NCBI GenBank assembly: GCA_021780225.1
Contig: JAJXZF010000027.1
Span: forward strand, 1,229-65,228
Direction of reading: 5' to 3'
DNA length: 64,000 nt
From: Deltaproteobacteria bacterium
GTDB taxonomy: Bacteria > Desulfobacterota > Binatia > Binatales > Binataceae
Positions 1 to 10,150 of the stretch are shown in pieces (position 1 is the stretch's first letter; every line of letters begins with the position of its first letter). The notes under the pieces were generated by a model. It saw nothing but the letters and a program-made list of their open reading frames with translations. It was not told the origin of the DNA and did no database searches. Both the position numbers and the translations under genes were made by a program.

Positions 1-538
1 GCGTCCCCCCCACCGGCTGCACTTCGTGGCTCTCCACCGCCCGCAACAGCTTGGGCTGCAGCCGCAACGGCAACTCCCCAATCTCGTCCAGAAACAGCGT
101 GCCCCCGTTGGCCGAACGGAAATAGCCCAGCGCCTCCTCGCGCGCGTCGGTGAACGCCCCCCGCACGTGCCCGAACAACTGCGACTCCGCCAGCGACTCC
201 ACCAGATTGGAACAGTTGAAGGTCACGAACGGCCCCTTCGGCGACGGCCCCAGCTGATGCAGCGCCCGCGCCACCAACTCCTTGCCCGTCCCCGACTCCC
301 CGCATACCAGCACCGTCGCCTTGTACGGCGCCAGCCGCCCAATCGTCTTCACCACCCGCCGCATCGCTCCCGACCGCACCACCATCCCGCCCAACTGCGA
401 CCCGGTCAGCGCGAAACCATAAATTTCCGCGGGACTCGGCGCCAGATGTTCGATATCGAGCAAATCGCCGGTTTCCTCGGCCGCGATTACCTCTGAAAAG
501 CCGGCTTCGCCGTCATGACCTCTACGATCCCAATCCAA
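1..538 (-). CDS. sigma-54-dependent transcriptional activator (AAA+ domain; partial, C-terminus runs off left edge)
   Basis: Minus-strand translation gives ...[51 protein letters not shown]...HVRGAFTDA...[25 protein letters not shown] (Walker A, GAFTGA-like loop, Walker B/ELPL motif typical of NtrC/PspF family). In-frame stop at 632-634 limits the N-terminal extension to <=75 aa. There is no ATG; the probable TTG start at 538 is preceded by AGAGGA. Not listed in the ORF track because it is truncated. Confidence 0.85.
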   Translation of the reverse strand, partial: MDWDRRGHDGEAGFSEVIAAEETGDLLDIEHLAPSPAEIYGFALTGSQLGGMVVRSGAMRRVVKTIGRLAPYKATVLVCGESGTGKELVARALHQLGPSPKGPFVTFNCSNLVESLAESQLFGHVRGAFTDAREEALGYFRSANGGTLFLDEIGELPLRLQPKLLRAVESHEVQPVGGT

Positions 539-759
539 TGCGCAATCCTCTGTATGGCGCCGCCGCGTCGATACGGATTGGCCATACTTGCGAAATTTCG
601 CACGCAAACTCCAGGCCAGCAGCTTTTGCGCTTATTTTCAGGAATCTTTCATCGCTTGAAGCGTCGAAAAAAGACGAAACGGCAGATTATTGCCGCGCTG
701 CCATCGGAATGTCTGAGTCAATTATTTCTGCCGATGAAATTATCGAATGACGAATCGCG

Positions 760-1212
760 CTAAAGCCCGAGCGCATCGATTAGCACTTGCGCCGCGTGAT
801 CGCGCGGATCGACCTGAGGATAGATTCGTTCGATCAATCCGGAAGTGCCGATCAGAAAACTCATTCGCGCGGCGTGGGCCGCCTTGTCGTCGCAAGCGCC
901 ATAAGCCAGCGCGACGCCGCGATCGCGATCGCAAAGCAGCGGAAACGGAAAATTCTCTCGCGCGGCGAACTCCGCGATTCGATCGATCGGATCGAAACTC
1001 ACGCCGAGCACGGCTATATCATTTTCGTCGAAGTATCCGATTTGGTCGCGGAAGCTCCGCCCCTCCAGCGTGCATCCCGGCGTTCCCGCTTCCGGATAGA
1101 ACCAGAGCAGCACGCGGCGGCCGCGAAAATCGGCCAGCGCAACCGCGCCGCCATGATTCGCCGTCAGGGTAAATGCGGGCGCGGGATCGCCCGCCTTGAG
1201 CTTCATCGCCAT
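760..1212 (-). CDS. bcp: Bcp-type peroxiredoxin (AhpC/TSA thiol peroxidase)
   Basis: 157-aa ORF with ...AGDPAPAFTL...LWFYPEAGTPGCT... peroxiredoxin signature. Start taken at MAMKLKAG. Confidence 0.85.
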   Translation of the reverse strand: MAMKLKAGDPAPAFTLTANHGGAVALADFRGRRVLLWFYPEAGTPGCTLEGRSFRDQIGYFDENDIAVLGVSFDPIDRIAEFAARENFPFPLLCDRDRGVALAYGACDDKAAHAARMSFLIGTSGLIERIYPQVDPRDHAAQVLIDALGL

Positions 1213-1246
1213 CGGTCCCCAATCGCGTCGCAACCGGCAAGCCGCG

Positions 1247-1732
1247 TCAGTTAAGCGCCGCCCGCAACCGCTCGATCATATCAAGGCACGCCGGATCGCC
1301 CGGCTGAAGCCGCAATGCCCCTTCCAATTCCGCGATCGCTTTCATCACCAAGCCTTGATCCGCATAGAGCCGCGCCAGATTCATATAGGGAAAATGACGC
1401 GGCTCGTAGCGCGCCGCGCGCTTGGCTTTTTCGAACCACTCGACGGCGGCGCCGGCCTCTCCACGCGCCATCAGATAGGCGCCGATATCGTTGTACGGAT
1501 TTCCGAACGCCGGGTCGATCTCGATCGCGCGCAGGCACTCGGCGATCGCGTCATCGATTCGCCCGAGGTACCGATAGGCCCAGCCGCGGTAGGTATGCGC
1601 CTCGGCGGTGGGACACAAATCGATCGACTGGTTGTAAAGCGTGATTGCGCTTTGGAAATCGCCTTGCAGATGGAATGCGGCGCCCTGGTTCCACAGCTCC
1701 AGCGCGCGCGCCCGGCGCACTTCGTCGTCCAT
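1247..1732 (-). CDS. TPR repeat protein (occupies TadD-like position downstream of tadC; no signal peptide)
   Basis: 161 aa with repeated A-x-x-x-Y/L-x-x-A-x-x-Y...G TPR-like units (AYRYLGRIDDAIAE, AYLMARGE, ARLYADQGLVMKAIAELE). Confidence 0.7.
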   Translation of the reverse strand: MDDEVRRARALELWNQGAAFHLQGDFQSAITLYNQSIDLCPTAEAHTYRGWAYRYLGRIDDAIAECLRAIEIDPAFGNPYNDIGAYLMARGEAGAAVEWFEKAKRAARYEPRHFPYMNLARLYADQGLVMKAIAELEGALRLQPGDPACLDMIERLRAALN

Positions 1733-1786
1733 GATCCGACACGGATATTGCGCAGGCGCGCCGCGGTCAAGCGAACAGGCTTGCGT

Positions 1787-2725
1787 TCAATGGACCGTCA
1801 AGGTGCGCATCGCCTGGATCATCGCGGGCGCGAGAATCGAGAGCAGCATCGCCGGCAGCACGAACAGGACCAGCGGAAACAGAATCTTGATCGTGCTTTT
1901 TTGCGCCGCTTCTTCCGCGCGCAGCCGGCGCTTGACGCGCAGCGAGTCCGAACTCGCGCGCAGGGCCGGGCCGATTTGCGCGCCGAGCTGTTCGCTCTGA
2001 ATCAGCGTCGCCGCAAGCGGCCGAACGTCTTCGACCGCCGTGCGCTCGGCAAGGTTGCGCAGCGCCTGACCGAGCGAATTGCCCGCTGCGACCTCACCGG
2101 CGACGAGGGTCAATTCTTTGCCGATCGCCTGCTCCTGACGATCGGTTTCATCGCCGACGATCTTTATCGCCTCGAACAATCCCAGGCCCGCCTCGACGCA
2201 TACCACGAGGAGATCGAGCACGTCGGAGAGCTGCCGGGCGATTTCGCCTTGCCGGCGTGCGGCGCGTTTTTTCAGGTAATAGAGTGGCGCCACCCACGCC
2301 GCGATTCCGCCCGTCAGCGCGAACAAGACCGCTTTCGCCACCTGACCGAACCACAGGTAACCGGCGGCGAAGCCCAGCGCAACGCCGAGCACGAGCGCAA
2401 AAATGCGCGCGAGCTGAAAAACGCGCACCGCGCCCGAGCGGATAAAGCCCGCGCATACCAGCGTTTGCGAAATCTTTTTCGCCGACGCATTTTCTTTCGG
2501 TTCGGGCATCCGTGTGAGCGCCCAGCGGAAAAAAGTCCGGCCAAGTCCCTCCGCGGCGGACTCGGGGGCGAAGGGATTTGCGCCGCCGATCGACCGGTCC
2601 CGCGCGACAATCTCGGCGAAGCGCTCCTGAAACGTGCGATGGCTGCCGAAAAACGCCGCGTAAATCGCCATCGCGGCGACCCCAATCAGACAAAAAATCG
2701 CGGTGCTTACCACCAGTGAATTCAT
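1787..2725 (-). CDS. tadC: Flp pilus assembly protein TadC (type II secretion F-family membrane protein)
   Basis: 312 aa polytopic membrane protein with T2SS-F domain-like core (LSDVLDLLVVCVEAGLGLFEAI...). Position is immediately after tadB. Confidence 0.85.
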   Translation of the reverse strand: MNSLVVSTAIFCLIGVAAMAIYAAFFGSHRTFQERFAEIVARDRSIGGANPFAPESAAEGLGRTFFRWALTRMPEPKENASAKKISQTLVCAGFIRSGAVRVFQLARIFALVLGVALGFAAGYLWFGQVAKAVLFALTGGIAAWVAPLYYLKKRAARRQGEIARQLSDVLDLLVVCVEAGLGLFEAIKIVGDETDRQEQAIGKELTLVAGEVAAGNSLGQALRNLAERTAVEDVRPLAATLIQSEQLGAQIGPALRASSDSLRVKRRLRAEEAAQKSTIKILFPLVLFVLPAMLLSILAPAMIQAMRTLTVH

Positions 2726-2726
2726 A

Positions 2727-3695
2727 TCAATAATCCACGCGCAGAATACGGCGGATGGTAAAGAGAGCCATGGCGTCGAGCGTGATTGCGGTCTTTAAAG
2801 CCGTTTTGCCCGCGGGATCCGTGAACAGCACCCGGGCGTATCCGGGCTGAACCATGCTGAACGCGGCGAGCACCAGGATCGGAAGCAGCCCCACCACCAT
2901 GCCGCTCATCCGCGATTGCGCGGTCATCGCGCGGATCTGTTGCTGCAAGCGCTGGCGCGTGCGTACGATTTCCGACAAGCGGCCGACGATCTGCGCCAGG
3001 CTACTGCCGACCTCGCTCTGCACCTTGATGGCGATAACCAGCAGCCGCAAATCCTCTTCGGGCACTCGCTGCAGCATTTCGTCGAAGGCGCGCGGCAACG
3101 GCATTCCGAGCCGGGTCTGTTCGAGCACGGTGCGGAATTCGCCGCCGAGCGGATCGGTGAATTCCTGCACCAGAACCTGAAGACCGCGCAACAGCGAATG
3201 TCCGGCTTCGAGCGACGATTTGATCAGATCCAAAGCGAACGGCAATTGCATCGCGAACGCGCGTATCCGCCGGTTGCGCCGGTAGCGGATATAAAAAATC
3301 GGCAGCGACGCGGCGGCGGCGCCGGCCGCCAGAATCACCAACGAACCGGGTAAAAGGAGCTGGCCGCCAGCCAGCCCCGCTCCGAACATCAGCACGACGA
3401 TCAGCAGCATCTCGGAGACGCGCATGTAGATGCCGGCCTGCCACATATTCCGCTCGAGCCGCCGCAACGGACGCATCCGGTAAACCAAATCGAGCAGCAT
3501 CCCGGAGCTCTCTTGCGGGCCGCGCCGGCGCCGATCGACGCGAACCAGGTCGTCCGCCCCCTCTTCCGCCTCGGCCAGCTTGAGCCGTTCGAGCCGCTCC
3601 GCCGCCTGTTCGCGGCCATTCCGGCCGCCGGTCAAAAGCGCCAGCGCGAGCGCCAGCACCAGGGCGAAGACGCCGGACGAGATTAGAAAATCCAC
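2727..3695 (-). CDS. tadB: Flp pilus assembly protein TadB (type II secretion F-family membrane protein)
   Basis: 322 aa, T2SS-F-like (LPFALDLIKSSLEAGHSLLRGLQ...). 2-nt gap to tadC. Confidence 0.85.
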   Translation of the reverse strand: MDFLISSGVFALVLALALALLTGGRNGREQAAERLERLKLAEAEEGADDLVRVDRRRRGPQESSGMLLDLVYRMRPLRRLERNMWQAGIYMRVSEMLLIVVLMFGAGLAGGQLLLPGSLVILAAGAAAASLPIFYIRYRRNRRIRAFAMQLPFALDLIKSSLEAGHSLLRGLQVLVQEFTDPLGGEFRTVLEQTRLGMPLPRAFDEMLQRVPEEDLRLLVIAIKVQSEVGSSLAQIVGRLSEIVRTRQRLQQQIRAMTAQSRMSGMVVGLLPILVLAAFSMVQPGYARVLFTDPAGKTALKTAITLDAMALFTIRRILRVDY

Positions 3696-3714
3696 CGCTG
3701 CCGCTCCTTGATTT

Positions 3715-5097
3715 TCAACGTCCGGCCGCGCGCATCAGATGCGCCGCCGCATCGATTTTGAAGCCGGCGATTTCAATCTGATGCGCGTATGTCGAACGGA
3801 TTCCGGTCGGCCGGAATTCGCCGAGGATGCGGCCGTCGGCGCCCACGCCGGTGCGCGTGAATTCAAAAAGGTCCTGCATCATGATCGTCTCGCCTTCCAT
3901 CCCGCTGATTTCGGAAATCTTGAGCACTTTGCGGGTCCCGTCCGAAAGCCGGCTCACGTGCACGACGATGTTGACGGCCGAGGCGATCTGTTGGCGCATC
4001 GCGCGTTGCGGAATCGAAAAGCCGCCCAACAGCATCATCATCTCCAGCCGGCCGATCGATTCGCGCGGACTGTTGGCGTGAATCGTGGCGATCGAGCCGT
4101 CGTGGCCGGTCGACATCGCCTGCAACATGTCGTAAACCTCGGCGCTGCGCACCTCGCCGACGATAATTCGATCCGGGCGCATCCGCAGGCAGTTCTTGAC
4201 CAGCTCGCGCTGCGTGACTTCGCCTTTGCCCTCGAGATTCGACGGACGCGTCTCGAGCCGGACCACGTGCGGCTGCTGCAACGACAGCTCGGCGGAATCC
4301 TCGATCGTCACGATGCGTTCGTCTTCCGGCACGAACGCCGACAGGCAGTTGAGCATCGTGGTTTTGCCCGAGCCAGTGCCGCCGCAGACGATGATGTTGA
4401 GGCGGGCGCGCACCAGGGCGCGCAGAAGATCGACAATTTCCCGCGTCAGGCTGCCCTTTTCGACCAGCGCTTCAATATCGTAGCGGCGCTTGCCGAAGCG
4501 CCGGATCGACAACGCCGGACCGTCGAGCGCGAGCGGCGGGATGATCGCGTTGATGCGCGAACCGTCGCGCAAGCGCGCGTCCACCATCGGCGACGCCTCA
4601 TCCACGCGCCGGCCGACCTGCGAGACGATGCGGTCGATAATCAGCATCAGATGCTGATCGTCCTGAAACGTCACGCCGGTCGCGTGGAGCTTGCCGAATT
4701 TCTCGACATAGACCTGATTGTGCCCGTTGACCAGGATGTCGGTGATGTCGTCGTCGTGGAGCAGCGGCTCGAGCGGACCGAGTCCGAGCAGTTCGTTCTT
4801 GATCTCGCTGACGAATCGCGCACGGTCGAGATCGGTGAGCAAACGGCCGTCCTGGTCGAGCGTTTCGTTGATCGCCGCCGTGACTTTCGCCGAAACCATC
4901 GCTGGCTCGAGCGCGTCGAGCTTCGACACGTCGAGCGTTTCGAGCAGGCGATTATGCACCCGCAACTTCAGCCGCCGCTGCCCTTCAACCACTTCGTCGC
5001 GCCGGCGTTGCGGAGCGCCGCCGATCAACGAACTGGCTGGCGTCTCCGGAAGCGCCGCTCCGGGCGCGTTTTTTGAAAGACGATCGACCAGTCTCAT
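3715..5097 (-). CDS. cpaF: Flp pilus assembly ATPase CpaF/TadA
   Basis: Strong CpaF-like sequence: Walker [37 protein letters not shown], His box TIHANS. Start placed at MRLVDRL (GAGGAAA SD) rather than the long Arg-rich upstream extension of the raw ORF. Confidence 0.9.
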   Translation of the reverse strand: MRLVDRLSKNAPGAALPETPASSLIGGAPQRRRDEVVEGQRRLKLRVHNRLLETLDVSKLDALEPAMVSAKVTAAINETLDQDGRLLTDLDRARFVSEIKNELLGLGPLEPLLHDDDITDILVNGHNQVYVEKFGKLHATGVTFQDDQHLMLIIDRIVSQVGRRVDEASPMVDARLRDGSRINAIIPPLALDGPALSIRRFGKRRYDIEALVEKGSLTREIVDLLRALVRARLNIIVCGGTGSGKTTMLNCLSAFVPEDERIVTIEDSAELSLQQPHVVRLETRPSNLEGKGEVTQRELVKNCLRMRPDRIIVGEVRSAEVYDMLQAMSTGHDGSIATIHANSPRESIGRLEMMMLLGGFSIPQRAMRQQIASAVNIVVHVSRLSDGTRKVLKISEISGMEGETIMMQDLFEFTRTGVGADGRILGEFRPTGIRSTYAHQIEIAGFKIDAAAHLMRAAGR

Positions 5098-5146
5098 GCC
5101 GATTTCCTCCGCGCGCAGGTTTTCATGCGCGCCACGCGTCGTTCGT

Positions 5147-6307
5147 TCAAGCCTGCGCGGCGCCGGCGCCGAACCATCGCGACCACAAACCCTTCGACTC
5201 CTGTTCCGGCACGCGGCGCGTCGCGAGCCGGCGGGCCAATACCGCCGTCGCCCGTGCCAGCGGACCGTTCGGCGCAACCTGCCATACGTCCTCGCCGCGC
5301 AATTGCGCCCGCTGCAGCGCGCGATCGTCCCGGGGGATGCGCGCGAAGAGCGGCGCGCCCAGCGCCGCGACGACCACGGATTCGGCGATTTGATGCTGAC
5401 TGTCGGCGCGATTCAGCACGAAATGCGGCGCCGCGTTGCGCAGCCGCAGGCTCTCGAACAGATCGCAAAATCGACGCGCACCGGCGGCTGACGCGAGCGA
5501 TTGCTCCAGCACGTAGAGAACCGCTTCCGAACGTTCCCACGCCGCGATCGAATTTTCGTCAACGCGCTTGCCGCAATCGACGACAACGTAATCGAACAGT
5601 TCGGCCATCAGGTCGAGCACCGCGCCCACGGTGAGATCGGAAACCCGCTCGCCGTCTTCAAACCGCCGCGGCGCGGCGAGCAGATAGACTCCGGACGGAT
5701 GCTTGCAGAGCGCCGTTTCGAGCCGAATCGAATCGAGCGTCCGAACATGCTCGATCAGCGACGCGATCGTCTGCGCCGGCTCAAGATTCAAAAAGACATT
5801 CTGACCGCCTCTTTGCAGATCCAAATCGATCACCGCCGCGACCTTGTCGAGCGAATACGCCAGCGCCAGGGCGAGACCACCGGCGACGGTCGTGACGCCA
5901 ACGCCGCCGCTCAGACTCGTAACCGAGATAATCGCGCCGCGCCGCCGGTTGCGGCGATGCCGCTCTTCGCCGACTTTCATCAAAACACGGGTCGCCGCGT
6001 CCTTTTCGAGCGGGGCGAACAGTATCTCATCGGCGCCGGCATGCAGCGCGAGACGCATCAAGGCCGGCGACTGTTCGATCAGAACCGCCACCAGCAGCGG
6101 TCCCGGTTTGCGTTGCGCCTGCGCCTGCAAAAATACGAGCGGCTCAGCTTCATTGCCGCCGAAAAGGACCATCACGACGTCGGGCCCGACGCCGGCGTCG
6201 CTCGGCCGTTGAAAATCGCCTTCGGCGATTTCCAGAAACGGCTCCTCGACTTCCGCCAGCGTCGCGGCCGAAAGCGCCCGGCGTTCGGCGTCATCGCCGA
6301 CCAGCAT
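5147..6307 (-). CDS. cpaE: Flp pilus assembly protein CpaE/TadZ (receiver-like N-domain + MinD/ParA-type ATPase)
   Basis: N-terminal receiver-like domain. Deviant Walker A ([16 protein letters not shown]) and ParA/MinD-like core (VVVDCG..). Start chosen at MLVGDD; ORF extends to 6406. Confidence 0.8.
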   Translation of the reverse strand: MLVGDDAERRALSAATLAEVEEPFLEIAEGDFQRPSDAGVGPDVVMVLFGGNEAEPLVFLQAQAQRKPGPLLVAVLIEQSPALMRLALHAGADEILFAPLEKDAATRVLMKVGEERHRRNRRRGAIISVTSLSGGVGVTTVAGGLALALAYSLDKVAAVIDLDLQRGGQNVFLNLEPAQTIASLIEHVRTLDSIRLETALCKHPSGVYLLAAPRRFEDGERVSDLTVGAVLDLMAELFDYVVVDCGKRVDENSIAAWERSEAVLYVLEQSLASAAGARRFCDLFESLRLRNAAPHFVLNRADSQHQIAESVVVAALGAPLFARIPRDDRALQRAQLRGEDVWQVAPNGPLARATAVLARRLATRRVPEQESKGLWSRWFGAGAAQA

Positions 6308-6436
6308 CACCCTTAATTTGTCGCGCCGCTCCAAACCCTTCGCGTTTTTTGCCGCCACCTGAAACCGCCCTTCGTCGCGCCTCTCGGCGCATTCAACCGC
6401 CCCCATCGCTCACGCACCAGCGACCCGCCGCCCGCA

Positions 6437-6616
6437 TCAGCTCCCCGACAAATAAGAATCGACGCGGCCAACCAGCGAGTTGATATCGTTGCCCATCGTT
6501 TCATACGCGATGAAAACGACTATCGCGATCGCGGCGAGAATCAGCGCATACTCAGTCATGGTCTGGCCTTTGAGGTGCTTGCGCATTTTTTCGTATATCC
6601 CGATCACACGTCTCAT
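6437..6616 (-). CDS. flp: Flp-family type IVb pilin
   Basis: 59-aa product MRRVIGIYEKMRKHLKG/QTMTEYALILAAIAIVVF... with canonical Flp G/XXXXEY processing motif and hydrophobic stretch. AAGGAGAGAG SD upstream of ATG. Confidence 0.85.
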   Translation of the reverse strand: MRRVIGIYEKMRKHLKGQTMTEYALILAAIAIVVFIAYETMGNDINSLVGRVDSYLSGS

Positions 6617-6845
6617 CTTCACTCTCTCCTTACTTCCCTCGTTCCGCGCGACGCTATGAAAATTTGCGCCGCCATGTTCAAAACGCTCACCGGCCGGCTT
6701 TGGCGGCCCGGATTATCAAATAGCCATTAATGCGGACCGCCAAATATTTGCCGGTGCGACTGATTTTTACGGTTAATAGTTTGCTGACTAAATCGATGAC
6801 TTATTCATTTTCAGGTTATTTTTTTTGGTTGTCGGAAATGACAAA

Positions 6846-6862
6846 TGCAGCGTCCGTGCCAG
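6846..6862 (-). promoter_or_regulatory. candidate sigma-54 (-24/-12) promoter upstream of flp
   Basis: Minus strand reads CTGGCACGGACGCTGCA = TGGCACG-N4-CTGCA. GG and GC are spaced exactly as in the TGGCACG-N4-TTGCW consensus, with one mismatch in the -12 box. It lies about 230 nt upstream of the flp start. Confidence 0.5.
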
Positions 6863-7150
6863 CATCCAGCATCGGCGTTTTGCTGTGCTAAATTGGGTTT
6901 TAATGACTGCTCAAAATAAATTCGTGCGCCGGGTTCCGACGATGCGTCATTGTGCGACGCGACCGAGTCCGAACCGGACACGGCTGAACCGCTATTCGCG
7001 CCAGAAAGTTTGGCCCTGAATCAAGGTCGCTATACAACGAAACTTCGTGTTGTTTTGCGCAACAGTTCGCTATTTTTGGCGCCCGCCTCGCGTCCGTGTT
7101 CGCCTTCTGTCAATCGTAAGATAAAGGGAGGGCGCGCCGCGCCGATTAAT

Positions 7151-8074
7151 ATGAAGTGTTCTTATTGCGCCGCTGAATCGCGTCTGTTCGGCCGCGCCGA
7201 ATGGAAGCTTATCGTGTTGTCCGCCGCCGCGATCTTGGCGTCAGCATGCCTCGCTGGATGCGCCAACAACCAACTTGCGGCGGCGCGCGCGGAGCTTCAA
7301 GCGGGAGACTTGGCGGACGCTCATCGCAGCCTGGTCGCCGCCAGCCGCGCTCCAAACCTTTCGCATCGTGAACTGCGCGAAGTCGATGACGACCTTTGCC
7401 TTACTGAATATCGAATCGGTCCGCCCGAATATTCAGTCGCGCGCGAGCGGATGACGTGCGGGTCGGCCACGAAATTGGCCGGCAGCCAAAGCGGCCCGAT
7501 CGTCACGGCGCTGGATAAACGGGCAAAAGACGCGACGGAGACCGAGTTCGACAACGCGATCAAGGCGGGAGATTTGACCCGCGCCGACCAAACGATAATC
7601 GATTACCAGCGCTATCCCGGCGCGGATTCGGCGGCGATAGCGGAATGGTCGCGGCAACTTCGCCAAGCTTCCGACCGCCAATTCGCGTTGTCCTCCCGTT
7701 ACCGGCGCAGGCGGCTCACGCCGGCGATTGCGGCGATGGAACGTCGTTACCCGAAGATGAGAAATATGACCGACGCGGCATTTGCGAGCTGGGTGATGCG
7801 CAATGCGACAATCGCCGGCGAACCGATGGTCAGCACCGTCAGCGTCGGCCACGCCGGGATGCGCTTGACGGTCGCCGAGCGCCGCCTTTCCGACGTGCGT
7901 TTTAACCTGAACCGCTTCGCTCAAATAAATGACGCGATGGTTGCGCGATGCCGATGCGACGGCCATACCGCGATCGATTTGGCGGGTTCGGGATTGCCCG
8001 CTTATCTATTGCGGCTCGATCCGGAAACGCGCCAATCGGAAGTAGTGGTTATGCCGCAGCCGCTACAGGATTAA
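7151..8074 (+). CDS. hypothetical lipoprotein
   Basis: N-terminus MKCSYCAAESRLFGRAEWKLIVLSAAAILASACLAGC has a charged n-region, a hydrophobic core and an L-A-G-C lipobox. No recognisable domain. Start chosen inside the longer raw ORF (6950). Confidence 0.6.
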   Translation: MKCSYCAAESRLFGRAEWKLIVLSAAAILASACLAGCANNQLAAARAELQAGDLADAHRSLVAASRAPNLSHRELREVDDDLCLTEYRIGPPEYSVARERMTCGSATKLAGSQSGPIVTALDKRAKDATETEFDNAIKAGDLTRADQTIIDYQRYPGADSAAIAEWSRQLRQASDRQFALSSRYRRRRLTPAIAAMERRYPKMRNMTDAAFASWVMRNATIAGEPMVSTVSVGHAGMRLTVAERRLSDVRFNLNRFAQINDAMVARCRCDGHTAIDLAGSGLPAYLLRLDPETRQSEVVVMPQPLQD

Positions 8075-8095
8075 AGGCAAATTGCCGCGCCACGG

Positions 8096-9868
8096 CTAAA
8101 AGTGGTGGGCCAGCACGGACGGATGTCCGCTCGTGTTGCTGGCATAACTGTCGAGCAAGCCGGACGCCGCGCCGGTTCCATCAACGCTCACTGAATCGTA
8201 AGCCCCCATGTAGTTCGGCGCGACCAGCACATCCTGTCCGACTGCGGAGGGAAAGTTGACTGGCGTTATCTTGACATTTCTAAAGGACACGCCGCCGGTC
8301 GTTGACGACGCGCAATAGCGGTCGATCAGAAAATTGTACGGATCTCGCCGGCGATCGTAAAAACAGATTCCGATTCGTCCGGTTTTGTCTGTGTTGATCG
8401 CCGGCTCGAAATGATCGGTGAACGGATAGCGGCCGCCTTCCGGGTCGTTGTTGACGCGCGCGGGCGACGACCAATTGACGCCGCCGTCCGAGGATTGCGC
8501 AAACATCACGTCCGCCATCCCGTAAAGCCCGGTCGTCGTGAGCGAATCTTTGTCGCTGTAAGCCGCATTGGCCCACGCCAGATAAACATCGCCGCTGTTC
8601 TTTTTGCCTTGCCCGATCGCCAGCGCGGGCGCCTCGCTGGCGGCGATGAATCCCTGGATTTCAGCGCCGTCGCCAATCGCCACCACGCCGGCGACGGTCA
8701 CCGGTTCGCCAAAGGTTGCGCCTGAGTCGGTCGAGCGGGCGATTTTGATCGCGCGCGCGGTCGCGTCCATTCCGTTGACGCCCAGCGCCTCCCATGCGAC
8801 GTAAACCACGCCCCCCGGACCCACGGCCACTTGCGGCCAAACGTCTGACGCATAGGGATTGTTTTGATCCGCGCAAACCTGATCGACGATCGCCGGCGCT
8901 GCGCTCCAAGAGGCGCCGCCGTCGCTCGACGCAATCGATTCGATCGCATAGCGGGGAATCGGTTGCTCAAACTGATCCTTGCCGCATACCGAGCCGGAAT
9001 AGTCAGTGTCGGAAAAAACGAGATAAAGATTTCCCGCATTGGCGCGATCGACGGCAAGTTTATCCTGACCGACTATATCGGTAAGCGCGCTCTTGACGAT
9101 CGCCGGATTTGGCGCCGTAAAATTGGCGCCGCCGTCGTTGGATTGAGCCACCCCTACGCCAATCTGATTGTTCAGGCTGTCGTACCAGATTGCCGAATAA
9201 TAAAAGTCATTTGGACCGGCGCAAACGATCGACGGATCGCCCATCATCGCCTGCCATGTATGCGACGGCGGCGCCGGCGTCTGTAAATAGCTGAACGCCA
9301 TCCCGTGATTCGCCGACCGGGAATAACCTATGCCGCTCGTGCCCGAACCGCCGAGCATCGTGCTGATTTCGCTACCCGTATCGTTGAACATCACCACCGC
9401 GTTCGAGCCGCACCATGCGTTGGCTGTTTCGTTTTGAGTGAACCCGGTGAAGCGGGACGCGTTGAGCGTGGCGTTCGAGATTTGCCGCGGACCAATTACA
9501 TAAGGGTAGAATGCGCCGCCAAAAATTTCATCGGCTGAAAGACTCGCGGCTGATTCACTGGTATTTTGCGTCGCATCAAGGTTTTCCAACAGCGGCCGAA
9601 GCGCGCTCCAGTGGCGCGCCAGCGCCAGCATATTGCCCTCCGCGCCATCCAAACCGCGAAGTCTGAAATTGGAATTCTCCGCGAAAGCGCTGAAATTCGA
9701 CGCAATCGAATCGAAAAGCGCAAACCGTGACGGTCCGGAAGTTTTCGCGCCGCTGGTTCTAATCGATCCGGCAAACACTATCGCAAGCGCAACCAATGAT
9801 CCGATCGCGCCCGCGCGCCGTTTTTTACTTTGGCTTGTACAGTTCCGGCGATTCGGTCGCCTGCGCAT
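8096..9868 (-). CDS. secreted BNR/Asp-box repeat protein (sialidase-like beta-propeller)
   Basis: 590 aa with N-terminal signal peptide and at least four S-x-D-x-G-x-x-W/F Asp-box motifs (SNDGGANFT, SSDGGASWS, STDSGATFG, SSDGGVNWS). Confidence 0.75.
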   Translation of the reverse strand: MRRRPNRRNCTSQSKKRRAGAIGSLVALAIVFAGSIRTSGAKTSGPSRFALFDSIASNFSAFAENSNFRLRGLDGAEGNMLALARHWSALRPLLENLDATQNTSESAASLSADEIFGGAFYPYVIGPRQISNATLNASRFTGFTQNETANAWCGSNAVVMFNDTGSEISTMLGGSGTSGIGYSRSANHGMAFSYLQTPAPPSHTWQAMMGDPSIVCAGPNDFYYSAIWYDSLNNQIGVGVAQSNDGGANFTAPNPAIVKSALTDIVGQDKLAVDRANAGNLYLVFSDTDYSGSVCGKDQFEQPIPRYAIESIASSDGGASWSAAPAIVDQVCADQNNPYASDVWPQVAVGPGGVVYVAWEALGVNGMDATARAIKIARSTDSGATFGEPVTVAGVVAIGDGAEIQGFIAASEAPALAIGQGKKNSGDVYLAWANAAYSDKDSLTTTGLYGMADVMFAQSSDGGVNWSSPARVNNDPEGGRYPFTDHFEPAINTDKTGRIGICFYDRRRDPYNFLIDRYCASSTTGGVSFRNVKITPVNFPSAVGQDVLVAPNYMGAYDSVSVDGTGAASGLLDSYASNTSGHPSVLAHHF

Positions 9869-10150
9869 GCAGACGGTTGGTTTTCAAGAGCGATGCCAAC
9901 GCGCTGATCCATACCCGGCGGACCGTATTCTGCCCGAATTTTCACGCAACTTTGGGCGGCGCGCCGGAGTCCGCCTGACGGCATTCGCCGATCAACTCCC
10001 GCGGAGAGTCGCAAATTCCGGGCAAACGGCAATTTATGGCCGCCGCGATTTTGTCGGCGGCGTCATGCTGCGGGCGAAATCGCTCAGGAGATGATTGATT
10101 GAATATCTATTTGAAGAAATACGAAATAGTCGCATACCCGGCGCATGCGA

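Noticed and set aside
515-763. Plus-strand ORFs 515-763 and 538-750
   Set aside because: Overlap the N-terminal coding region of the minus-strand sigma-54 activator, whose frame stays open to a stop at 632-634. No SD or homology.
1196-2719. 507-aa plus-strand ORF (and similar long ORFs 3739-5076 +, 15775-16917 -, 20561-21544 +, 20850-22361 -, 38531-40036 -, 46346-47944 -, 54618-56129 +, 59370-60914 +, 23118-24212 -)
   Set aside because: All are Arg/Ala/Pro-rich, lack motifs, and lie antisense to genes with strong family signatures (tadC/TPR, cpaF, alpha/beta hydrolase, Mo-oxidoreductase/cytb, epoxide hydrolase, GT39, acnA, ackA, amidohydrolase). These are typical high-GC shadow ORFs.
6825-7019. 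64-aa plus-strand ORF in the flp/lipoprotein divergent region
   Set aside because: AT-rich promoter region. No SD. Overlaps the predicted sigma-54 promoter on the opposite strand.
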